Shown here in pieces: positions 49,385-58,438 of a stretch of DNA of 64,000 bases. The position numbers and the translations under genes were made by a program. The DNA comes from an uncultured Gemmatimonadaceae bacterium (lineage in GTDB: Bacteria > Gemmatimonadota > Gemmatimonadetes > Gemmatimonadales > Gemmatimonadaceae), in assembly GCA_963781585.1 (NCBI GenBank), contig CAWAGQ010000007.1, forward strand, positions 224,001 to 288,000, read 5' to 3'. Each line of letters opens with the position of its first letter. Position 1 is the stretch's first letter. The notes beneath the pieces were generated by a model, which had not been told where the DNA came from, ran no database searches, and saw only the letters and a program-made list of their open reading frames with translations.

Positions 49385-51040
49385 ATGAAGACATTTCGAA
49401 CAGGAGTGAACGGCGGGGTTGCGGCGCTTGCCTGCCTCGCGATGGCGCTGGCCGGATGCCAGGACGCCACCGGAGACGCCGCGAAGGGAGTGGCGCGCGT
49501 GGAAGTGGCTCCTGCCGCCGTCTCGCTCGATGTCGGTGAGACCAGACAGCTGGAGGCCACCGCCTACGACGCCTCTGGCCAGCGGCTGGACGGGCGGCAG
49601 TTCACGTGGAGCACCACCGACGCATCGGTCGTGACGACCACGCCGGGCGGCCTTGTCAGCGCGGTGTCCCCAGGGACGGTGACCGTCACCGCGTCGACGG
49701 GGGGACGTAACGGGCAGGGGAGCGTGGTAGTGATGCCGACGGCGCCGGTGGGTCCGGTCATCGATGTGTGGCCGGCCGTCACGTATCAGACCATGACCGG
49801 CTGGGAGGCGAATGCCTATATCGGGCAGGGGGTCTGCAGCGCCCTGCCGTACTATCGTGACGAGGTGATCGATCGCGCGGTGAACGAGCTGGGGTTGAAC
49901 CGCGTGCGGCTGGAAGTCCCCAGCGGCGTGGAGAACCCGGACGACTGGTGGGCGCCGGTTGTCGACGGAACGAACACCCTCGATCTCGACCAGATACCGC
50001 GCTTCCAGATCGTCAACGACAACAATGATCCGTTCACCATCAATCCCGCCGGGTTTCATTTCACGTTCGTGGACTTCAAGGTCGACAACGTGGTGAACCC
50101 GATGCGCCAGAAGCTGGCGGCTCGCGGCGAACATCTGTTCGTGAATCTCACCTATGCCGGTGGCAAGACCGCATTCGTGCACTCCTCGAATCCGGAGGAG
50201 TATGCCGAGCTGCTGGTGTACACCTTTCAGCATCTGCAGACGAAATACGGGTGGGTGCCGGATGCCGTCGAAATGGTCCTGGAGCCCGACAACTCGACCA
50301 ACTGGACTCCGGACGCCATCGGCCGTGCGATGGTCGCAACCGGCGACCGACTCGCGGCGGCCGGCTTTCATCCGGCATTCATCGCTCCCTCCAACGTGGA
50401 CGCATCCGCGGCTTTGACCTATTTCGACGGCATCCGCCTGGTCCCCCGCGCGTCCGAGTACCTGACGGATCTGTCGTATCACCGGTACCGCGGGGTCTCT
50501 GCGGGCACGATTCAGGCGATTGCCGATCGGGCCGTCTCGGCCGGCGTGCGCTCCGAGATGCTCGAACACATCGGCAGTGGCTACCAGGATCTCCATCAGG
50601 ATCTCGAGCTCGGCAGAAACTCCGCGTGGGAGCAGTACTCGATCGCGGGGTGCGCCACCACCGATCTCGGGGGACTGTACTACGTGATCGACAAAACGGA
50701 CGTGACGCACCCGGTGGTGCACATCGGCTCGCGGAGCAAGTACCTGCGCCAGTACTTCCTGTTCATCCGGTATGGGGCGATCCGCCTGGGCGCGGTCAGC
50801 GGCGACGCCAGGTTCGATCCGCTCGCCTTCAGGAACACCGATGGCGGGTTCGTCGTGGTGGTGAAGGCGAGTGCCGGCGGGTCGTTCCAGGTGCACCAGC
50901 TCCCGGCCGGCAGGTACGGATTGAAATACACCACCGACGCCCAGTACGGGGTCGATCTGCCGGATGTCACGATCGCCGCCGGCGCACCGCTCGCGGCCTC
51001 GATTCCGACGGCCGGGGTCATCACGATCTATCATCGCTGA
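49385..51040 (+). CDS. Lipoprotein with Ig-like (Big_2) domain and putative clan GH-A (GH30-like) hydrolase domain
   Basis: Lipobox LAGC; FTWSTTDASV..GLVSAV; YQTMTGW, LEPDN, LSYHRY, EMLEH, LAFRNTDG. Confidence 0.65.
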   Translation: MKTFRTGVNGGVAALACLAMALAGCQDATGDAAKGVARVEVAPAAVSLDVGETRQLEATAYDASGQRLDGRQFTWSTTDASVVTTTPGGLVSAVSPGTVTVTASTGGRNGQGSVVVMPTAPVGPVIDVWPAVTYQTMTGWEANAYIGQGVCSALPYYRDEVIDRAVNELGLNRVRLEVPSGVENPDDWWAPVVDGTNTLDLDQIPRFQIVNDNNDPFTINPAGFHFTFVDFKVDNVVNPMRQKLAARGEHLFVNLTYAGGKTAFVHSSNPEEYAELLVYTFQHLQTKYGWVPDAVEMVLEPDNSTNWTPDAIGRAMVATGDRLAAAGFHPAFIAPSNVDASAALTYFDGIRLVPRASEYLTDLSYHRYRGVSAGTIQAIADRAVSAGVRSEMLEHIGSGYQDLHQDLELGRNSAWEQYSIAGCATTDLGGLYYVIDKTDVTHPVVHIGSRSKYLRQYFLFIRYGAIRLGAVSGDARFDPLAFRNTDGGFVVVVKASAGGSFQVHQLPAGRYGLKYTTDAQYGVDLPDVTIAAGAPLAASIPTAGVITIYHR

Positions 51041-51074
51041 TCCCTCGTCAGGCGCGGTGCGGGACAGGTGAGGC

Positions 51075-51110
51075 AGAAAAGAACAGGGCTCCGGTTTCCC
51101 GGAGCCCTGT
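51075..51110 (-). terminator. Intrinsic terminator after lipoprotein paralog A
   Basis: 12-bp stem ACAGGGCTCCGG/CCGGAGCCCTGT; U-tract on minus strand. Confidence 0.8.
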
Positions 51111-51137
51111 CGTCGTGCACCAGCGTGGTCGTTCAGA

Positions 51138-52049
51138 TCACTCCCCCCCGCAGTGCGGGAAACCCGTCAGCGTCCCTTCGTTAAAGTTGTCCAGCGACGT
51201 GATCAGGCCGCTCACGCCACCATTGCTCAGGTTGGTCGTGATCGCGGTGCCGCCGGCGATGAAGATGTGCGCGTTGGCGCTGTTGATGGCGGTTTGCACG
51301 GACGCTGGCCCCGATGTGCCGCCGTTCAGGATCGCGCTGATCAGCTGCTGCACGAGATTGAGCAGGTTGTTGCTGGAGAACGTGATGTTCCCCGGCTTGC
51401 CGGGCGTGGCGTTCAGGATCGCCTGCGCCTGCGCGCCAGTCAGGTTCGCGTTGCCGACGTGGATCGTGGTCGGGATGAGCGACGCCGTGTATGCCTGATG
51501 ATTCCGATAGTAGCCCTTCGTGAACGTGCAGCCGGTTGACGGGGGCGTGTACGTGTTTGTGAATGTCACCGTCGATCCGCCGTCGTTCCCGAACTTGCCG
51601 TCCGCCGGGTTCGCGTTGATGGTGCCCTGATTGCCGAGATACGTAACGCTCGTCAACGCCCAACCCGGCTGGGTGGTCTCGGTGATCGTGCCGGTGTATT
51701 TGTCGGTGCCGCTGGTGGGCGTTGTTGCGGCGAGCCGGCACGTGCCGACGTCGATGTTCAGGGAGGTCAGCGCTCCAGCAGGCACAGCAGGCCCGCCTCC
51801 TGGCCCGCGGTGCACGTAGGAAACGTCGAAGTGGAACGTCCCTGCGGCGTTCCCGCTCTTGCATATCCACAGCTCGCCTTCGACCGCCGCCTTGTTGGCG
51901 ATGTCGATCACGTCGCCGACTACAGAGGCCATTGGCTGGATGCTGCCGCGCAGGTTCACGGCGGGAGCGCTGGGTGAATCGGCGCAGGCAGCGAATGCTG
52001 CGAGAGCGCCGAGCGCCAGAGACGCGCGCATAACGCGATTACACAACAT
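51138..52049 (-). CDS. Surface lipoprotein paralog A (pilin/CnaB-like domain + CTxTxGYYRNH domain)
   Basis: GGAGGAAGG RBS; lipobox FAAC; LWICK..TITE..VTFTN; C-terminus nearly identical to paralog B. Confidence 0.75.
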   Translation of the reverse strand: MLCNRVMRASLALGALAAFAACADSPSAPAVNLRGSIQPMASVVGDVIDIANKAAVEGELWICKSGNAAGTFHFDVSYVHRGPGGGPAVPAGALTSLNIDVGTCRLAATTPTSGTDKYTGTITETTQPGWALTSVTYLGNQGTINANPADGKFGNDGGSTVTFTNTYTPPSTGCTFTKGYYRNHQAYTASLIPTTIHVGNANLTGAQAQAILNATPGKPGNITFSSNNLLNLVQQLISAILNGGTSGPASVQTAINSANAHIFIAGGTAITTNLSNGGVSGLITSLDNFNEGTLTGFPHCGGE

Positions 52050-52100
52050 GGTCCTTCCTCCGGAATGGGTAGCACTCGTACGCGACCTGGCTGGTCGATG

Positions 52101-52184
52101 CCCTTCTTCGGCAGCGGGACGATCTCGCCCGGAGACTCCGCGCTTTGCGCGCCGGCCTGGTGGCCGGGTAGCCATTTCGGAAGG
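52101..52184 (-). ncRNA. c-di-GMP-I (GEMM-I)-like riboswitch, copy A
   Basis: Minus strand CCUUCCGAAAU-GGC-UAC-CCGGCC-ACCA-GGCCGG-CGCGCAAAGC...GUCUC..GAGAU..CGCUGCCGAAGAAGG. Confidence 0.75.
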
Positions 52185-52447
52185 TGCTGAATGAGCTGGC
52201 ACTCGTAAGAGCAACTGACATGCCGTTCGAGCTGGTAGCGGTGCCTATCCCAGTGATGCGGAACGGCGTTGGTCGGCCGCTCATCCCAATCCGCGCAGGG
52301 CGCTTCGCGTGTCCCTTGTCGCCTGTTCGCCGCGGCGGTTGCAGCCACGGCGGGCGGTCGCCGTGCGGACATGGCCCAGCCTCAACGGTGATGGCGGTCA
52401 AATTACTTCGGAACCGGGCGAGTCATGACGGCTGTGCCCGGATGAGC

Positions 52448-52497
52448 GCAGGGAAAGAACAGGGGCCCGGTTTCCCGGGCCCCTGTTCCTTCCCTGC
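52448..52497 (-). terminator. Terminator hairpin after lipoprotein paralog B
   Basis: GAACAGGGGCCCGG-TTTC-CCGGGCCCCTGTTC with extended stem; homologous to the paralog A terminator. Confidence 0.75.
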
Positions 52498-52516
52498 GGT
52501 GCCGCCGCGCGGACGA

Positions 52517-53413
52517 TCAGTCGTCGCCGCAGTGCGGAAAGCCCGCGAATTTCCCGGAGTTGAAGTTGTCCAAGGCAGTGATCAGGCTGCTGATGCCGGT
52601 CTGGGTCAGGTTCGTCGTGATCGCCTTGCCGCCGCTGATGAAAATGTGTGCGTTGGCGGAGTTGATGGCAGTTTGCACGGACGCCGGCCCCGATGTGCCG
52701 CCGTTCAGGATCGCGCTGATCAACTGCTGCACGAGGTTGAGCAGGTCATTGCTGCTGAACGTGATGCCACCGGGCTTGCCGGGTGTGGCGTTCAGGATCG
52801 CCTGTGCCTGCGCAGCAGTGAGGCTCGCGTTGCCGACGAGAATCGTGGTCGGGATGAGCGCGGCGGTAGCCGTAGCATGATTCCGGTAATAGCCCTTCGT
52901 GAAGGTGCAGCTGCTAGCCGGTGGGGTGTAGGTATTGGTGAACGTCACGATGCTGCCGCCATCGTTACCGAATCGAACAGCCGAAGCGGTTGCCGCGTTT
53001 TTGTCGACCGTTCCCGGTTCGCTAGTGCTTGTGGCGACGACGATATCCGTCAGCCCCCAACCCTGTGGAGGCGTCTGCTCAGTGATCGTGGCGTGGAAGA
53101 CGTCGCTCCCATTGACATCGGTACTGGCCACCAGATTGCACTCGCCGCTGTTCACATGCACAGTCGTCGGGCCGGAGACCACTCCGTTCTCGTCTGTGAT
53201 GGTGAGGCTGAAGTCGAACTGCACACCGTTCGCCCCGTTGACCGCAACTTTGCACACGGTTAGTTCACCGTCTTTAGGGGCGGTGGCGGACAATCCGCCA
53301 GACCTGAGGGAGGCGGCCGTACTGCGCGCGGCAGTGGGTGGTTCGGCGCAGGCAGCGAGTGCCACCACTGCGCCGAATGCGAGAAACGTGTGTAGCCCGC
53401 TCTTGGTCAACAT
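52517..53413 (-). CDS. Surface lipoprotein paralog B
   Basis: GGAGGAAG RBS; lipobox LAAC; LTVCK..TITE..VTFTN; CTFTKGYYRNH..GFPHCG. Confidence 0.75.
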   Translation of the reverse strand: MLTKSGLHTFLAFGAVVALAACAEPPTAARSTAASLRSGGLSATAPKDGELTVCKVAVNGANGVQFDFSLTITDENGVVSGPTTVHVNSGECNLVASTDVNGSDVFHATITEQTPPQGWGLTDIVVATSTSEPGTVDKNAATASAVRFGNDGGSIVTFTNTYTPPASSCTFTKGYYRNHATATAALIPTTILVGNASLTAAQAQAILNATPGKPGGITFSSNDLLNLVQQLISAILNGGTSGPASVQTAINSANAHIFISGGKAITTNLTQTGISSLITALDNFNSGKFAGFPHCGDD

Positions 53414-53467
53414 GTGCGTCTTCCTCCGATGTATGTGGGCACTCGCCACCCAACCAGCCTGGTCGGG

Positions 53468-53553
53468 CCCCTCTTCGGCAGCGGGACGGTCTCACCCGGA
53501 GATTCCACGCTTTGCGCACCGACCTCGCGGCCGGCTGGCCTTTCTCGGAAGGG
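53468..53553 (-). ncRNA. c-di-GMP-I (GEMM-I)-like riboswitch, copy B
   Basis: Minus strand CCCUUCCGAGAAA-GGC-CAG-CCGGCC-GCGA-GGUCGG-UGCGCAAAGC...UCUC..GAGA..CGCUGCCGAAGAGGGG. Confidence 0.8.
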
Positions 53554-54067
53554 AAGAATCGATTCGCTATTGCGACAACAGCACGCATGCGCTCGCTATG
53601 AGCGCGGCGGAAGTTAGCGTACACTAATCTGAATTGCAATCTGCAAGTCCAAGCACCCCAAATACTTCGGAACCGCGACGACTGACCAGGCTGCTTCGAT
53701 GGGGCGCGTCTGGCGGCTTGTCCTGCGGTCTCACCGCTCGCAGTGAGGTGGTTTGTCGCGGCGATTGCCGCGGCCACGCAACGCCGATCAGGGCCTCTCA
53801 GTCAGTCGCGAGATCGCAGGGATCCCCTCCGTGAGATCGCGACCGCGGTGCCGTCAGGCGGGCTGGTCCGGCGCGCCGTTAGGCCGGTCGGTCACGGCGC
53901 CGTCAGGCCGGTCTGTCCGCCGCGCCACCGGGTCGGGTCGCCCGGCTCCCTCGGCGGTGGTCAGCGCCTCTGGAAGGGGCCAGTTTCGCGCGGCAGTATT
54001 CCACCATCCGCGCGATGATGCCGATGGCGCTCTTGTGGCCGGATTCCCGCCGCGGCTGCCCGCTGCG

Positions 54068-55198
54068 CTATCGGGCCGGTCGCTCGCGGAACACGAATCG
54101 GCTCAAGAAGGCCTGGGCGAAGGGCGACGTTTCAATCGCCGCAGTGTCCAGCGGGTTGTTCCACCACACGCCCTCGCCATTGGCGAGCAGAATGAGGGTG
54201 ACGTGCCGATCGGGCACCTTGAGGAACATCGCCGAGAAGCCGGCCTCCTCATCCCAGGCTGAGTGCCAGAGGAGCCGCTGGCCGCGATACTGCTGGACGA
54301 ACCAGCCGAATGCGTAGGGGAGCGGGGACCCGTCCGGCGCCGTCGCCGGGGTGAAGAGCTTGCGCATGACGGCCGGCGTGCCGAGTCGGCCGTCGTCGAG
54401 GGCGATGTCGAAGCGGGCCAGGTCTTCGACGGTGGAGACGACGCCCGCCCCGCCCTTGAGGGAGCGCTCGGGGCGCACGCGAGCGACGAACGCGTCGTGC
54501 TCCACGCCATATCCCTGCGCCATGTCGAAGAAGACGTCCATCTTCTCGCGTTGCCACTGGCTCGACATGGTGCGCCGCATGCCCGCCGGCGTGAGGATGT
54601 GCGTCTCGACGAGCTGTGCCATCGTGTTCTGGCGTCCCTCCACGTCGCGCACCGAGTGTCCGAACACGTGCTCCAGGTAGCGCGACAGGCGCGAATACAT
54701 CAGCGGGTTGTAGCGAAACCGGGTTCCGGGCTCGCCGTTCACCGTATGGTGCAGGATGTCGCGGATCGTGATGGGCCGATCGCACCGGAGATCGCGGCCG
54801 AAGATGCTGCTCGAAGCCGCCAGGTCGACGCAGAAGGCCCGCTCGTCAGGCACGTCCTGGATGCGATCGTCGAGGTCGACTTTCCCTTCCGCCTCGAGTT
54901 GCAGAAAGAGCAATCCGATGAACGTCTTCGTCAGCGACGCAATCCAGAATGGCGTGTCGGGCGTAACGGGGACCTGGTCACCGACGTCGGCAAATCCGTA
55001 GCCTCTTGCCCAGGCCAGTCGGCCGTCACGAACCACCGCGGCGGCCAGGCCCGGCAGGTGGTGCGTCGCGCGGAGCGAGTCCAGGTCCCGGTCGAACGCG
55101 GCGAACTCGGCGTCAGGCGCGGCGGTCTGGGCGGGCAGCGCGGAGGCTGACGCGGAGCACAGGACGGCCGGGACCAGCAGGACCATGGCAAGGCGCAT
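54068..55198 (-). CDS. Secreted serine hydrolase (beta-lactamase/AmpC-like family)
   Basis: Signal peptide; FWIASLTK (SxxK), PGTRFRYN, YAFGW. Confidence 0.88.
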   Translation of the reverse strand: MRLAMVLLVPAVLCSASASALPAQTAAPDAEFAAFDRDLDSLRATHHLPGLAAAVVRDGRLAWARGYGFADVGDQVPVTPDTPFWIASLTKTFIGLLFLQLEAEGKVDLDDRIQDVPDERAFCVDLAASSSIFGRDLRCDRPITIRDILHHTVNGEPGTRFRYNPLMYSRLSRYLEHVFGHSVRDVEGRQNTMAQLVETHILTPAGMRRTMSSQWQREKMDVFFDMAQGYGVEHDAFVARVRPERSLKGGAGVVSTVEDLARFDIALDDGRLGTPAVMRKLFTPATAPDGSPLPYAFGWFVQQYRGQRLLWHSAWDEEAGFSAMFLKVPDRHVTLILLANGEGVWWNNPLDTAAIETSPFAQAFLSRFVFRERPAR

Positions 55199-55264
55199 CG
55201 GAACCTCGGTCGCCGGTGAGATCAGGGGGCGCCTTCGCAAGTTGGACCGGGCGGTCCGATGGCG

Positions 55265-55993
55265 TCAACCGGCGCCTCCCCATTCCTCGATGATCCTTCC
55301 CAGATCGACGCCGGGCGCGATCAGGCACACGTGTCCATGCCCTTCGAGAATCCGCAGTGACGCGCCCGGCACCCGGCCCGCCATGAACCTGGCCTGGCCC
55401 ACCGACGGCACGAGATGGTCGCGGTCGGCGGCGAGAAAGAGCGCCGGGACGCGAATGTCCGCCAGCCGATCACGCAGGTCGTACTCGGTCAGCATCCGCA
55501 GACGGTCCAGGTATCCTCGACGCGTCGTTAGGCGCGTTTCGGCCAGGAAGCGCCGGATCTCGAGGCGGTGCGTGTGCGGCGAGTGCATGCGGAAGGCCGT
55601 GAGCCGGCGCACCAGCGCCATCGCCCCCCACGGCATCATCCGGATTCCCGCGCGCGCCAGGTGCAGCCGCGCCTGCGGCAGAAACCGCGCGAAGGAATTG
55701 AGCACCACGATGCCCCGCAGGCGCCGGGGATGGGCCAGCGCGTAGCTCAGGGTCAGCGTGCCGCCGAACGATTCGCCCACGAGTACGGCGCGTTGGTCGT
55801 CGGCCGTCACCGCGCGCACGACGCGGTCCAGGTCCCCGACCAGCGCCTCCATGTGCGGCGCATCGTCGCGCAGCGCGTAGGTTACCACGCGAAAGCGGGG
55901 CGCGAGCAGTGGGACCTGGCGATAGAACAGGCGTCCGGTGCCGTCCATGCCCGGCACGTACACCAGCGGCGGACCGGTGCCCGCGATCTGCAT
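55265..55993 (-). CDS. Alpha/beta hydrolase
   Basis: VPGMDGTG, GESFGG nucleophile elbow, D and GH; start could be 56047. Confidence 0.88.
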   Translation of the reverse strand: MQIAGTGPPLVYVPGMDGTGRLFYRQVPLLAPRFRVVTYALRDDAPHMEALVGDLDRVVRAVTADDQRAVLVGESFGGTLTLSYALAHPRRLRGIVVLNSFARFLPQARLHLARAGIRMMPWGAMALVRRLTAFRMHSPHTHRLEIRRFLAETRLTTRRGYLDRLRMLTEYDLRDRLADIRVPALFLAADRDHLVPSVGQARFMAGRVPGASLRILEGHGHVCLIAPGVDLGRIIEEWGGAG

Positions 55994-56051
55994 CCCGGCG
56001 GGCGATGCCTGACTGGCGCCGCGGCTCGTGGAGGGCAATTCTTGCATCACC

Positions 56052-56843
56052 ATGAAAGATATCGGCCGGACAATTCGGGTTGCCTGGGCGGTGGCGTCGT
56101 TCTTCGTGGTGCAGAGCGTGGTGTTCGGTCTGGCGGTCCTGCCCGGAGCCCTGTTCTGGCAGTGGCACCTGCAGTGGAGGCTGCCGTTTCTGTGGATGCG
56201 CATCGTCGTGCTGGCGATGGCGGTCATCCCCGCGTACCTGGTGTTCGCCCTGACCTTGATGGCGCTGTCGGCGTTGTCGATGCGCCTGTTCGGCTGGCGC
56301 ACCCCGCTCGACGCCGAGATGCGCATCGACGCTCTCGACTGGGCCCTGCTCGACTGGGCGCGCTATATGGTCGCCACCCAGATCGTCCGGGTGCTCGTCG
56401 GATCCCCATTCCGGGCCAGTCCGCTCTGGACCCTGTATCTCCGGCTCAATGGAGCGCGAATCGGACGGGGGGTGTATGTCAACACGGTGTCGATCGCCGA
56501 TCACAATCTGATCAAGATCGGCGATCACACCGTGGTCGGGGCGGGGGTCCACATGTCCGGGCACACCGTGGAAGGTGGTGTGGTGAAGACCGCCCGCCTA
56601 ACGATCGGGCGCGACGTGACCCTGGGAGTGGACGCGGTGGTCGGACTCGGCGTGGCGATCGGCGACCGCTGCCAGGTCGGCGCCATCACGTTCATCCCGA
56701 AATTCGCGCGGCTGCCGGCCGGAAAGACTTACGTCGGCATTCCCGCGCATCCGGTGGAAACGTCGGACCACGAGCCGGCCGCCTTGCAGTCGGGCGCGCA
56801 GGGGAGCGGCCCCCACTCAGGCGACCGGTCGGGCGTTGCCTGA
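56052..56843 (+). CDS. Membrane-associated hexapeptide-repeat (left-handed beta-helix) acyltransferase-like protein
   Basis: Two TMs then GARIGRGV, IGDHTVVG, IGRDVTLG, IGDRCQVG, GIPA. Confidence 0.82.
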   Translation: MKDIGRTIRVAWAVASFFVVQSVVFGLAVLPGALFWQWHLQWRLPFLWMRIVVLAMAVIPAYLVFALTLMALSALSMRLFGWRTPLDAEMRIDALDWALLDWARYMVATQIVRVLVGSPFRASPLWTLYLRLNGARIGRGVYVNTVSIADHNLIKIGDHTVVGAGVHMSGHTVEGGVVKTARLTIGRDVTLGVDAVVGLGVAIGDRCQVGAITFIPKFARLPAGKTYVGIPAHPVETSDHEPAALQSGAQGSGPHSGDRSGVA

Positions 56844-56936
56844 CACGGCGGTACCGGCTCACGGACAGACCTGACAATCGACGGCTCGTAGACATGTGAG
56901 CGACAGGGCGGATGACCGCCCGGGAAGGAGGCGACC

Positions 56937-58266
56937 ATGACTACCGCACTCGACACCGCGCCCAGCCCAACGCACGCGGATCCACAGCCGACCACGCACG
57001 AATTCGGGAATCCGGCGCTTCGGGGCCCGATCGTGCTCGCGATCCACGGCGGCGAGATCTCACATGCCCCGATCATTGCCGCACGGCTCGTCGCGCAACG
57101 GCTGAAACGCGCGGTGCATGCAGTCACCGTGATCGAACCGGTGACCGTCTACGGTGGCGTGATGGACATCGTGCCGGCCACCGAGTTGATGTCGCCCTAC
57201 TTCGCGGACGTGCAGGAGGAAGGCGTGAAGCGCCATCTGCGCGAGATCTTCGGCGGCGACGACGGCTGGACGCTCGAGACGCGATTCGGACTCGCGGCCC
57301 GCGAGATCACGCAGGCGGCACGCGACGCCGACGCCACCATGGTGATCGTGGATGCGGCTCCCCGGCGGGCGCTGCGACACTCGGTGTCCGGAATTCGAGC
57401 CCTCCAGGTAGTTCGCGGACTACCCTGTCCGGTCGTATCGGTGACGTCCGATTTCGCCGCGCTGCCGCGCCAGATCGTCGCGGCGGTCGACTTCAGCCCG
57501 GCGAGCATTCGCGCCGTACAGACTGCGATGCTGTTCGCCGGCCAGCACGCCACGATTTCGCTCGTGCACGACCCGTTCCCGATCCACCTCAGGAACAAGC
57601 TCACTGATCGCACCGGTGCGGTGATCGGCGGGGAGGTGGAGGAACTGTTCCACCGTCTGCTCGCCGAGCTGCGCGGCTATGCTCCACCGACGGTCCGCCT
57701 GACGACGGAGGTCCTCGAGGGGCGCGTCGCGCCGGAGGTTCTGCGTGTGGCAGACGCGGTGGGCGCCGACCTGATCGTCGCCGGAACCCACGGTCCCAAT
57801 CCCGCCGAGCGACTGTTCGTGGGCAGCGTTGCCGCGGGGCTGCTCCATCTTGCTCACTGTACGGTGCTCGTTTCGCCGACCCCTCCGGCGGGCGAATTCA
57901 TCCGCCTGGAAGCGCGCATGAGCGACACGGCGGTGACGGTGAATCGCGCCGAATGGAAGGACGTACTCGAAGAGCGTGAGCCGACGGAATGCCGGTCGTC
58001 GCGTCTCCATCGAGGTGGATGATCCGGCCTTCGGGGCCCAGGTGGAGGCGCAGGGATACGTGCTGCACGGGGTGGACTACGACCCGAAGGACGAGCGCGT
58101 GGATATCATGCTCGGTGCCCCCGGTCGCCCCGGTGCGCACCTGACCCGGACCATTGCTCAGGCGGAAACGCTCGCCGTCAATACCACGCCGGAGGGCGCG
58201 GACCGAGCGATCGCAATCGGACACAATCACGGTCACACGCTGGTTCTGTTCGAATGGAGGCCATGA
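56937..58266 (+). pseudogene. Tandem universal stress protein + DUF5335-like domain, split by a frameshift near 57970
   Basis: USP motifs AAVDFS, ADLIVAGTHG..GSVA in 56937-58022; continuation SRRNAGRRVSIEVDD..GAQ in the next frame from 57976. Confidence 0.7.
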
Positions 58267-58279
58267 GGAGCAGGCGATA

Positions 58280-58405
58280 GGCCAAGGGCCAGAGGCCAAA
58301 GGCCAGAGGTCAAAGGCCAGAGGTCAAAGGCCAGAGGTCAAAGGCCAGAGGTCAAAGGCCAGAGGCCAAAGGCCAAAGGTCAAAGGTCAAAGGCCAAAGG
58401 CCAAA
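58280..58405. repeat. Heptamer tandem array, 18 x GG(C/T)CA(A/G)A
   Basis: Read directly; alternating GGCCAGA/GGTCAAA 14-mers in the middle. Confidence 0.95.
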
Positions 58406-58438
58406 GATCGAAGGCCTGAGGAAACCCGAGGTCGGGGG

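Noticed and set aside
53880..54050. Minus-strand MVEYCRAKLAP resembling an acyl-CoA ligase tail, and a nearby imperfect direct repeat
   Set aside because: Too short and motif order wrong; cannot be separated from chance in high-GC DNA
58280..58416. CRISPR array or coding repeat (ORF 58154-58612)
   Set aside because: 7-bp units with no unique spacers and no cas genes; the ORF is just the translated repeat
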